Assembly: GCA_013265495.1 (NCBI GenBank)
Contig: MU058714.1
Span: forward strand, 62,001 to 126,000
Source: Vicugna vicugna
Taxonomy: Eukaryota
Length of the DNA stretch: 64,000 nucleotides
Reading direction: 5' to 3'
The first letter of the stretch is position 1, and each line of letters opens with the position of its first letter. A program made the position numbers and the translations under genes. The notes under the pieces were generated by a model that was given only the letters and a program-made list of their open reading frames with translations, had not been told where the DNA came from and ran no database searches. Of this stretch, positions 24,462 to 34,915 are shown piece after piece.

Positions 24462-25317
24462 ATGGGTGACCTTACCCCCATTTTACACGTTGGGAAAGGG
24501 ATCTAAGGGTACCTCTCACACTCCCCTCGCTGGGAATCCTCACTTCAGCCTCTCCAATGGCTTCCACTTCTGATCAGAATATGAGCGTTTGCGTTTGGTT
24601 TTCTTGGGCGTTGCCGGTTAAGACTGCGATGACTTCATACGGAGGCTCGTGTTGGGTTCTATCTTTCATTGCAGTGGTGCAGGAAGGGCCCTGAACCATC
24701 AGGGGTCATCACATGGGGCAAAAATCTCTCGTGGTGGCCATGCAAGTGCCCAGCGGACAGAAGGAGAAAGGAAGAAATCTCCCTTTAATGACGGCAACAA
24801 TGCTGTTAACGTGTTAAGTAATGGTGTCCCGTCGCCTTCCCACTGCCTTTCTCAGGGGCACACCAGCCACGGCTCCTCCCCCGAGCACAACCTGCCCAGC
24901 GGGTAAGAAGAATCTTTACTTTCCTTTAAGTGACGCTTCCCTTCCCTCGTTCCGCAGGAAGGCCCACTGTCAGCTCCCGGACCACGGGGAGAGCTCCCCA
25001 GGGCTCAGAAAAGGTCTGAGACCTCCAGGCGCCCCCGCCCTCGGCTCCACCCGCAGACGCCTGATGGAGGAAGTGACGGGGAACAGCCTGGACGCCGGCC
25101 TCCAGCCACGCACAGTGCCACCGGGATCAGATCGGAGACCGCGGGAACGGGGTGTGGAGTGGGGCAAAGTCTGGCAGTGAAGAGGTGAACCGGGGGCCCC
25201 GAAACTCAAGCTCCCTGACGCCAGGGCTCCCTGCGGTGTGGATGGGGGTGAGTGGGCCGCACCAGGACGGAATGAGGAGTGAAGGACACCGGAAGTCACG
25301 GCCAGATCAGGGAAGAA

Positions 25318-25630
25318 CAGATGTCCCTCAGTATCCACGGGGAACTGGTCCCAGGAACCCCCTCAGACACCAAAATCCACAGACGCTCGAGTCCCTTACG
25401 TACGCGGTGCAGTATTTGCATCTGACCTACGCCCGTCCTCCCGGGCGCTTCAGTCTCTAGATTGCTTACAACGCTGAGTACAGTGTGATGCTAGGTACGT
25501 AGTTGCTGACGCAGAGCAAATTCAAGTTTTGCCTTTTGGAATTTTCCGGAACTTTTTTACCCTCAAATATTTTCGATCTGAAGTTGGTTCAATCTGCAGG
25601 TGCAGAACCTGTGGGTATGGAGGGGATCCC
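25318..25630 (+). mobile_element. MER2/MER2B-like TcMar-Tigger MITE
   Basis: CAGATGTCCCTCAGTATCCACGGGG...ACCAAAATCCACAGACGCTCGAGTCCCTTA...GCAAATTCAAGTTTTGCC...AATATTTTCGATCTGAAGTTGGTT...GGGTATGGAGGG. Termini are inverted with respect to each other. Confidence 0.85.
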
Positions 25631-26245
25631 GCCCCCTACATAGAGTGTGCCGGGGTCCTGGGCAGACATCGTGGGAAGGGGTGCCCCGTGCTCCCAGCTC
25701 CTGTGTGGAGCACGACCTCCCTGCAGCCCGCGGGGCCAGTTCACAGGTAGGCGGTCCTGCGTGTAGCAGCCACTGCGCAAATGCCTGTTGCCGGGTTGGG
25801 GCCTCTCCCAGGACCCCTGCTGACTCCTGACCCCCTCCCCCCCGGACCTTGGAGGCTCTCTGCATCTGAGCCAAGCCAGTTCGGAAGCCAAAATCAAAGC
25901 CCACTGCCCACCCTCCTGAGCTGAGCCAGACCTTCCAAAAGTCACCCCAAACGCTGCCACGTGGGGAAGGCACCATCTCCTGGATGTCAAGAAAACTTCC
26001 CCCCGACAAACAAAACACATTTGAAAAACCTGTACTTCCTAAACAGAGACCCGGGTGCGCTCATGTTTACACCTGCAGCCGTGAAGTCTCCTGAAATGCT
26101 GCCTCCACGACAGCCAGCGAGACGCGGTCCACCCTGGGGCTGGTTCTAGAATGACAACGATTCAGCAGGCTGAAGACTTCAGACCCAGTGTTCAAACAGG
26201 AGACGAGACCTTGGGAGCGCTGTCCTCCCGGCTGGCGGCTGGCCT

Positions 26246-26263
26246 GCGCCACCAGGTGGCGGA
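26246..26263 (+). promoter_or_regulatory. Candidate CTCF site (palindromic core)
   Basis: CCACCAGGTGGCG at 26249-26261, within the palindrome CGCCACC-A-GGTGGCG. Confidence 0.4.
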
Positions 26264-27046
26264 ACGTGGGTACTACCACGCTGAACTTCAACTAAAACAG
26301 GGGGAAAGAGTTATGTACTTCAATTAAAAAAAAAAATTTAAGGGGAGGAAAGGAAAGAAAAAGGAAGAAAATCAGTCAGGCCCAGAGGAAACACTCCTTC
26401 GTGAACCATGGGCACACGCAGTCAGTAAATCAGTCAGGCAGGCAGGCAGTCAAGACCACCACCTTTACAGGGGTCAACAAAACGCAAAGGTTTTCTCCAG
26501 TTCATTGACAGTGTGGTTCGGGGCAAAGCCCAGGCCACTCATTGCAGCCTCTCATCTCTGGACGGCTCCTGGCTCTTGGCCCTCAGAAGGGCCCCTGGAG
26601 CACCCTACATTGTGTTCCCATCAGAGAACTTGCGTCGGGGGGCAGAGGGAGGGGTGAAAACGGGGAAGGAGACCTAGATTCCTTTTCTGCCTCTTTTAAA
26701 CCAGAGGACACCCCCTACGACCCCAAGCTCCCCAGCCCACATCACCCCCCTTCCAGGCCCAGTGCCCCACGTCCGAGCGCACTGACCCTGCTCCACGACT
26801 GTGACCTCCTGGATGGGGTGCCGGTCTGGGAGCCCCAGCACATGGCCGGGGGTTATGGGTGGTACCCACTCAGACATCGCGGTGGGACTTCAAGCCCGCC
26901 CCAGGCCCCCAAACTGCTGGCCCGCCTGTACTGAGATGGAGTTTGGAGAAAGAGGCCAGGCTGCTGGGTGTGTACAGATGAAGTCTGGGGACCTGGGAGG
27001 TGTCCAGGGGTGAGCACTTGGTGAGCACAGCCAGAAGGGCTGAACC

Positions 27047-27469
27047 CGTAGTGGGTGGACTTGTGCCCCCCACAACCAAAAAAAGACACGCCCAGGTCCT
27101 GAACCGCAGGACCCGTGAGCGAAGCCTTCCTGGGAAACAGAATGTCTGCAGAGGGAATTAAGGGAAAGCTCCCCCCACAAGATCAGCTGGGTCAGGGTGG
27201 GCTGTAAGTCCAATGACAGGGACAGAGAAAGGCAAGGGACGTCTGACACCAGGCAGAGGACCATGTGATGACACAGGCAGAGAGGGAGTGACGGGTCTAC
27301 CAGCCAAGGACAGCTGGTGACCCCAGACGCTGGGAGAGGCGGGAAGGGTCCTCCCCTAAACACCTCGAGTTCAGGCTCCTGGCCTCCAGGACTGTGGGAT
27401 GATGCATTTCGGTTGTTTAAGGCACCCGTTTGGGGTCATTAGTCATGACGGTCAAAGGAAACTCATACG
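27047..27469 (+). mobile_element. MLT1C/D-like solo LTR
   Basis: GTAGTGGGTGGACTTGTGCCCCCC...CAGGCAGAGAGGGAGTGA...GCCAAGGA...CTGGCCTCCAGGACTGTG...TTGTTTAAGGCACCC...GGAAACTCATAC. Confidence 0.85.
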
Positions 27470-30309
27470 GGCCTCATTCAGGTGACACCTTCCACATTAC
27501 CTGGATAGTGGCCACCTGGGAGTCAGGTGTCTGAGAAAGAGCAGAGGCAGGTGACTTCGTGGCCTGCCACCCGGAGCCCAGGGTGGAGGCCCTGAGACAG
27601 CCTGGTGTCCTCAGGGCCACTGTGCCAGTAACAACGCACAAGGAGAAAGCGGGGTCTCTGGGGAGAGATGAGCGGGGGGGAGGGGGCGACGAGGGGAGCG
27701 GGATCCACTTGGCAGCTGTTCACATCGAGTCCACACCTCCTTGGCCAGTGCAGGGGAAACAAACGACCTGCGAACTGAGTGAGAAACGGTGATTCATTAC
27801 CCCCGATGTGTGATGATGGCTTAATTATTTTTCTAACTGGGGAGAGCCGCTTTCTGACAGCAGGTGCAAATGAATTCTCCACTGTTCTAAGGAGTGATTG
27901 GCCCAGGACAGGCAGAAAACTGGAAAACCTAATTAAATCGGGAGGCTTGTGAAATAAATGGAGTGGGGAGTTTGTTTGCTAGCCGCTGACGGGTACTAAC
28001 GATTCCCGGAGAGGCTGCGAGGGCTCCTGCCGGAGGGGACGTGGGGGACACGGAGGGACGAGGAGCCCCCTGGGCAATGGGGGCCCCCGGCGGGCCGCAC
28101 AGGAAGAGGTGGTCCAGGGGCCTGGCTGCTGGGCTCCGGGGGTGTTTTGGCCTTGAAAGGCGTCGCTTTCGGCTCTCAGTTTCCCGTCTGTAAAACGGGA
28201 GGCTGGACATTTGGAGGAGGGGGTTCGGCTAAGGGCTGGTGGCAGGGAGCGCCTGGCATTGACTCCAGAGCACCAGGGTGGGGCCTGCCAGCAGGTTGGA
28301 TCTGACACACCTCCCGCTCTGTCCGGGGCCAGTTTCTTCAGCCTCTCTGACCTCAGCTTCCGCATCTCTAACAAGGGCCACCAGCGGCTCCGGCCCTCCC
28401 TCCAGGATGGCTCACATCAGCCCACGGGCCGAGCCGGCTGTCAGGGTCTGCGACCGCACAGGTGTAGAGGCCTCCCGTTCATCTGTTGTTTAAAGAGCTG
28501 GTGTCCCGCCAGGAGGCCCCTCCTGACCCCTTGCCCCAGCAGGGGGGCAGCGGCCCAGGGGAGGGGAGTGGCCGGGGGGCCAGGAGGAAGGAGTCGGCTC
28601 CCCCCGCTCACCTGCAGCCCAAGCCCACCTCCCTGGGTCCTCAGTCTAGTGGAACGCAGACCCCCCACCCGCCTTCCTCTGGGCTCACCTGACCCATCAC
28701 CTGGTGGCCGCCCTTTGGGTGCCAGGCTGTCCTGGAGGCCCTCGGCTGGCCCAGCTCTGTGCCTCTCTGTCCAGTGGACCCAGACCCCAACAGCAGGTCC
28801 CCCCATCTGTCCTTAGGCAAATCCGAGGGGGGCTCAGAATTGGTCCCCACCCTAAAGGCGCCCCCTCCGTGGGTCCCTCTGTGAGCACCCACCCTGCCCA
28901 CTGACCTCCCGGTCCCTCACCCCTGCACGCCGTCTCTGTCCCCTGCCCACGAGAGCCTGCCTGACTGTGGTGAAGACGGCTCCTCTTTCTTGACTCCCGG
29001 GCAGGGCCTGTCCATCCCCTGCACCCTCCCTTCCTGCCTCCTGCCCTCTGGCCTCGTCGCCTTCGCCCCTGCCCCCAGGCACTATCCTGGGGTGCTACTA
29101 TTTCCAGAATCCTCTCCTCTTTCTAAGACTGCTGTTGGGCTAGGCACCCCCTGCCCCCCCGCCAAGATGACGGACCACAGGAGACTCAGGAAGGGGCAAG
29201 GGGGGAGCAGAAGCCTCAGAGCTGAGGCAGGGGTCCCCCGGGGCAACTGGCCTGGCAGGGACATGGAGGTGGGAGCCCCCACCGCCCCTCCTGCCTGAGC
29301 AGACTCTGCCAGAGTGAGCAGGAGGGATGCAGGGAGCCTAGAACCCCGGCCGGAGCCCTGTAGGCCTCAGGGGCTTCGGGGAAGACAGACGTCACTGGTT
29401 CCATCCCCTCCCTCGCCTGCCGCAAAGCCCTCTGTGCCCAGGCGTGCAGCTGGCCCCAGGATGGCACAGACACAGCTGGGGGCCAGCCTGTGAGGGGCCA
29501 GGAAAGAATCCGTGTGGGTCCAGACTTAAGCCCTGGCCCCTCTCTTGCTCCAATAACCCATCCTGGCCGCCAGCCTCCGTGGGCTCCTTCCTCAGAGGCT
29601 TCCTTCTTCTGTGCCACCACCCATCAGGTTCCTCTAACCACTCTCTATGCTTAGCCCCGCCCCTTGACCTCCCCTGCTCAAGAACCATCCATGGCTCCCT
29701 GTAGCCTGGTCTTTTGAGAATTCTCCCAGCCCTGACTCTCAGAGCCCTTTAAAATCTGCCTCCAACCTATGGAACCCCTAGTTCCCAGCTGTTTTCCCAG
29801 CCTGAGTTTCCCCACACACCCAACCCTGACCCTGTTACTACAGTCCTGGTGCAGGGACACCCTCCCGCCTCCTTCCCCTCCCACAGCCTCCGGCAGCCTC
29901 AGCTGGCTGGCCCAGCCCCTCTGCACTCCTCCGTCTCCAGAGTCCGGCAGCACTCTCACCAAACACCACATCTGGGGCAATTAATCCCTCCACGTACGGG
30001 CATTTTGATCTTCCACCTGGTCTGTAAAATCCTGGAAGACCAGATCGTGGAAACTCAAAGTAGTCTCAACTCCCGCATCAGGACCTGACATCTGGCCTAG
30101 ACCTACGCTGCTTAGCATTTACCTCAGAAGCTTGAGGATCTGAAAGCGTCGACGCACCGCCCCAGCCCCATGGCACCCGGCACGCGCCGGGACCCAGAAA
30201 CACGTGGGCTCGCCACCTCCTGCCAGCCACCATGAAGTAAATCCCCCCTCCCCTGCGGATTTCTCCAAAAACAGCCCTGTATGCCCTTACTTGACAATGG
30301 ATTCTTTCC

Positions 30310-30735
30310 AGCATCTTCTCGTAAACATTTTCAAACACACAGAAAAGCTGAAGGAGTCTGCAGGGAGCTCCTGGGTACCCACCACCTACACCTGCGCTAC
30401 TGCGTATCCGTCCACCTCTCCGACCACCCATCACCCTATCTTATTATTATTGTTTTATCTTATCTCCATTTATTTCTTCTGACGCCTGTTTTGAGGCCCA
30501 AGCTTCTGACGTATCATTTTCTTTCTCCCTCAGGAACTTCTGTTAATTTCATCATTGCTGACGCCTTTAGAGGAAAGCCGCAGACATCGGGACACGGCCC
30601 CACTCAATGCGTCAGATATATCGGCATATTCATCGTAACTACGGTTCAATATTTGTTTACAATTCCTTTTTTCTCTTGCTTCTGAGAATAAAATCTACAT
30701 ACGACGAAATGCACGTTTCTCAAGTGCCCCATTGG
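30310..30735 (-). mobile_element. Ancient L1M (L1MC/ME-like) 3' UTR fragments
   Basis: AACATTTTCAAACACACAGAAAAGCTGAA...TACCCACCACCTA and AAATCTACATACGACGAAATGCAC...AAGTG resemble antisense L1M 3' ends. Confidence 0.55.
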
Positions 30736-30736
30736 A

Positions 30737-31330
30737 TGGTAACCCAGCAGGACCCTGTGGGGCCCTCCTCGGACAGAGCCCCCCCACGTCCTCTGCCCGC
30801 CTCTTGTTTGTGGAGAAACCAGGCCCTCCCCGAGGTCCAGAGAATAAATTAATCAGAGAAGTGAGAAAAGGCAGAAAGAAAGGAAAGCAGTCAAGCAAGA
30901 CAAAATAATAAGTTTAGCCATTAAACAAAGTCAAGGGCCTTCACTTCCTCCTCGAGGGCTCTAGATAACATTCTGAGCCCTGTCCTCTGAGCTGTTCTGC
31001 AGACACCGAAACCCCCAGCGGGTGGAAGAAGTTAACTGCGCGCTGCCCACAAGCACGGGGACCCCAGACCTGCTGGAACCAGGAGGCTGATGCTGCGGAC
31101 TCCTGATGACCTCACCACCAACCCATGAGAAGCACGTCCACGAGCTGATCACACACCCCCTCCCTCACTGTCTTTAGAAACCTTCCCCTGAAAGCCTTCG
31201 AGGAATTGGGGCCTTCTGAGTGCCAGCTGCCGGGACTCTGCGCTGGGCGCCTGCAGGGAGCGCCGCCCCACGGCACTGCCCACTCTCGGGGCCGGCGGGC
31301 TCCGACTGCTCCCCCCACAACACCCCCACT
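30737..31330 (+). mobile_element. ERV1-type LTR related to 23831-24276 (3' boundary uncertain)
   Basis: Shared 5' end (AGCAGGACCCTGTGGGGCCCTCC vs AGCAGGAACCCGTGGGGCTCTCC) and shared blocks AGAAGTTAACT, CCCCAGACCT, CACGAGCTGATCAC and CCCCCTCCCTCAC in the same order. Confidence 0.7.
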
Positions 31331-31650
31331 GTGCGTGTCGGGGGAGGACAGCCACACTCTTCCTGGGGCCTCTCAGGTGCCTTCTTCTGCCGCCAGCAAA
31401 CCTCCACTTGACTGGCAGGCGCTGGGCACCGTGGAACAGGAGACCCACCCCAGGACCAGGTGAGGGTGACGCCCTCACTTCCTTCCACACCTGCAACTGC
31501 CCTGCGAGCCTCACGTCTCCCGAAGGCCGTGACCCAGCCGCAAAGAAGGTGCCCCTCCGGGTGATGAGATCTGACTCACAGGTTCCCGGGGCCGCCGCAC
31601 ACTTGCTTCTGGAGGTGGCTGGCCCCCTCAGTGGAAGGGCTGATGCCAGC

Positions 31651-31825
31651 GCTGTGGACCGCATGTCTGAACATTCACACCCCCCATTCCTGTGTAGAAG
31701 TCCTAACCCCCACTGTGACGGCATGTGTGCTGGGGCCTTGGGGTGGCTAGGTTTAGATGAGTCTTGAGAGTGGGGTCCCCAGGGTTAGTGTCCTTACAGA
31801 GAGACGCCAGAGCACTCTGCCCCGG
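31651..31825 (+). mobile_element. MLT1A-like LTR fragment
   Basis: ATTCCTGTGTAGAAGTCCTAACCCCCACTGTGA...GGGGCCTTGGGGTGGCTAGGTTTAGATGAG...TTAGTGTCCTTA. Confidence 0.7.
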
Positions 31826-32514
31826 GAGGAGCGGCAAGGAGGCAGCGGCTGACAAGAGCTGACTAATACAGCCAAGCGACTGTGAGTGTTTACTGAGGAC
31901 CCACCATGTGCAGGGCGACACTCTGAGCGTTCTGGGAAATTCAAAGAAATTCAAAGATGCAGACTGTTTTCCAGAAGCCTATGAGCTAACAAAGTGGGTC
32001 TGCACGAACTTCCAGGCAAAGCTGTGCAGGAGCTGCTGCTGAGTGACAAAAGTGACTTGCGGCTCCATGACACTCACCTACGTCAGTGCACGTCTGCCCG
32101 TGCTGAGGAGAAGTAACCTCACACGCCTCCTGAATGAGCAAGTGGCTCAGTCACCGACGTCACAGAGGTCAGAGCATCTGCCCTGCTGTTCAAAGAGAAG
32201 CAGGGCGGAAATTACACACTTTCAGAGAAGTATGTCACTTCACTGGAGACGAGATGGAAACCCACACCAATGTCACCATGCACGACGTGGATCAGGCCCC
32301 ATGTCGGCTTATATTCAAACCAGAAGGCGAGAGTGGTCTGGGACAGACGTGTCCCCTGGGACTGGGGGCCACGGAGGAGGGGGGCACTTTGCAGAATCTC
32401 AAAGGAGGGAGAGTGAGGCAAGAATTCCCTGGGGTGGGAGAGCTCCAAGAGGGTTTTGCACAAGGAGCCCTGGGCGCAGGGTCTTGTGTATGAAGCAACA
32501 GGGAATCATCCTTT

Positions 32515-32610
32515 ACTGGTTGAAGCTATCTGAACACCTACTACATGCCAGGCGCTGGGCTGGGCAGTCAGAATGCAATGGTAAAAGGGCAGCTTCTCCT
32601 CCAGGGAGCT
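32515..32610 (-). mobile_element. L2 3' fragment
   Basis: TGAACACCTACTACATGCCAGGCGCTGGGCTGGGC, antisense L2 end. Confidence 0.6.
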
Positions 32611-32845
32611 GGCTAGTGGGACCTGCGGGCACTCATCTGTCTATGGCCTGGGCTCCGGCCCTCGGCAAGGAGGCAAGTACCCCAGGCCTCCGTTGTCCAT
32701 CCGTGCAGCGGGGTGTGAGCGCACTGGCCCCCCAGGGCCGCGGTGGGGATTGACCTCGAGGCTTCCTGCGTGCCGAGCCGGGGCCTGGGCTGGCTGAGCC
32801 TCTCAGCGGCAGTGGCTGTTCATGGTCTTGCCTGTTGGGTAACTC

Positions 32846-33538
32846 TTTTTCATTTTACTTATTGAGAGGATATTGGCATAACACAAAATTAGGTATTTTA
32901 AAGTGAACAACTCAGTGGCGTTCAGCACACTCACAGTGCTGTGCAGCCACCGCCTCCACCTAGTTCCCAAATGTTTCCATCACTCCAGGACGCGCCTCAC
33001 CGTTTCTGCAGTTTCTCCCCATCACCTCCCTGCCCCCCAGCCCCCACCCCTGGCAACCGCGAGTCTACATTCCTCTGTGGATTTGCCTGTTCTGGACATT
33101 GCATATAAAGGAATCATACGTATGTGACCTTTCATGTCTGGCTTCTTTTGCTCAGTGCAGTGTTTTCAAGGTTCATCTATGTCGTAGCAGAAACCTGATT
33201 CCTTTTTACGGCAGAATAATATTCCACTGTATGGACAGACCACCACTTGTTTATTCGTGCATCTGTCCACAGACACTTGGGTTGTTTCCACCGTTTGGCA
33301 TTTGTGACTAGTGCCCACACAAACGTGGGCGCTTCCATTTTGACGGCTGTGTGTCTGGCAGTGGGTGTGCTGGGTCACGTGGTCTTCCCATGGTTAACCT
33401 TTGGAGGGGCCGCCGTCCTGCGTTCCACGGCTGCACTGTTCTGCGTTCCCACCAGCAACGTAAGAAGCTCTCGATTTCCCCACATCCTCCCAACCCTGTT
33501 TTTATCTGTTTGTTTTTACTCCAGTGGCACGTAAAGTG
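32846..33538 (-). mobile_element. L1MB-like 3' end (part 1)
   Basis: TTTTAAAGTGAACAACTCAGTGGC...GATTTGCCTGTTCTGGACATT...AATAATATTCCACTGTATGGA...ACTTGGGTTGTTTCCAC...TTCCCACCAGCAA...CCACATCCTC. Confidence 0.9.
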
Positions 33539-34117
33539 CCTGCCAACTAATTCTTCACCTACTTGACCTTCTGAAACCCGTAAGTGACAAGCGGAGGGTA
33601 GCTGGCGTGATGCCTCTCGCCCACATGGAAAATTCCAAGCAAGAAGTGAAGCGGACGGGCAGGCAGCTGGGAGGCGGCGCATCTCAAACCCCAGAGCAGG
33701 CGGGCCCGAGACCCGGGCCTCCCCAGACCAGACCGGCAGGCCCCGGACCCCGACCTCGTGGGGTCAGCCTGGGCCCGGGCACCGGTGAGGGCCGGCGCGC
33801 GGCCTGCCTCAGGCGTCCCTGCGTCTGCTGCCTTCCTGTTCCAGCTCAGCTTGCCTTTGGGACGCCAGACACACACAGCTTCCTGGATGCTGGGCCCTCT
33901 GGGGCTGGGCTGCCTCTGGGTCCATGTCCTCTGAGATCCCCACAGCCTTAGTCCACCCCAAGCCAGCGGCGTCTGCCTGCGCCCTGAGAGCACGGCACGG
34001 CCGCTCCTGCCTCAGCACCACTGCAGGCAGCGTGCCGAAAGGCCCCCGGCTTCTGGGCCCCCGGGATCCTCAGATCTTCCCCAAGTTATTCAGCCGAACA
34101 CAAACCAAGCTGCTTCT

Positions 34118-34258
34118 GCGAGGGGCCTTACTGTTCCCTTGTTTACGTGGCATCTATCTGTCCTCTTTGGCGACATGACTGTTCGTGGACTTTTGTCCAT
34201 TTTCTAATTAGACTGTGTATCTTCTCAATGCTGGCTCTTGAGAGTTTAATGCCGTCTA
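34118..34258 (-). mobile_element. L1MB-like fragment (continuation of part 1)
   Basis: TCTGTCCTCTTTGGCGACATGACTGTTC...TTTGTCCATTTTCTAATTAGACTG matches the consensus segment that follows part 1. Confidence 0.65.
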
Positions 34259-34399
34259 GAGGGTAGGTCTCTAGGTGCTTCTGTGAGGGGCTCTTGCGGG
34301 CATAATGAAGGCCAGCTCGGCCTGCAGGCCCCAGCGCCAGGCACCTGCCCTCCCTCCCGGGTCTGGATTAGGTGATCCTCCTCAGGGCCCCGGCCCCAG

Positions 34400-34690
34400 A
34401 CTTGCCCTCACCCTGTCCTCTAATCACTGCCTGTTTGCAAGTCCTTTGTCCCCACATCCCACTCCCCCGATGAGACTGTAAATCAATGAGGGCAGGACCA
34501 GATCAGACTCTCTTGTGTCTCCTGTGGTGCCCGACACAGAGCATGTATTCATTGATTCATTGATTCATTGATTCATTCATTCCTGCAACGAGTCGTTCTT
34601 GAGCACCTACTATGTGCTGGACCCATGAATAAGCCAAACCCGGGCCTCCTGCAGCCCTGGGGCAGCACTGAGGGGCTGCTGAACACAAGA
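34400..34690. mobile_element. Two L2 3' ends, tail-to-tail, joined by (ATTCATTG)n
   Basis: Sense AGACTGTAAATCAATGAGGGCAGGAC...GTGCCCGACACAG, then CATTCATTC...TTGAGCACCTACTATGTGCTGG antisense. Confidence 0.7.
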
Positions 34691-34715
34691 AAGAATGAAC
34701 GGTCTCAGCAGGGCC

Positions 34716-34915
34716 ATGTGTGTGTACGCAGGAGTGTGATGTGTGCATGTGAATGTGTGTATGTACGTGTGAATGCATGTGATGTGTATGTATGTGTATC
34801 ACTGAATGTGTGTACGTATGTGCATGCAAGACTGCACATGGTGTGTATTTATATACGTACCGTGTATGTGTGCACATGTGTGTGAGCGTGTGTGTGATGT
34901 GAGTGTGTGTGGTGT
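34716..34915. repeat. TG-rich degenerate simple repeat
   Basis: About 200 bp of TG/TA/CA alternation, seen directly. Confidence 0.9.
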
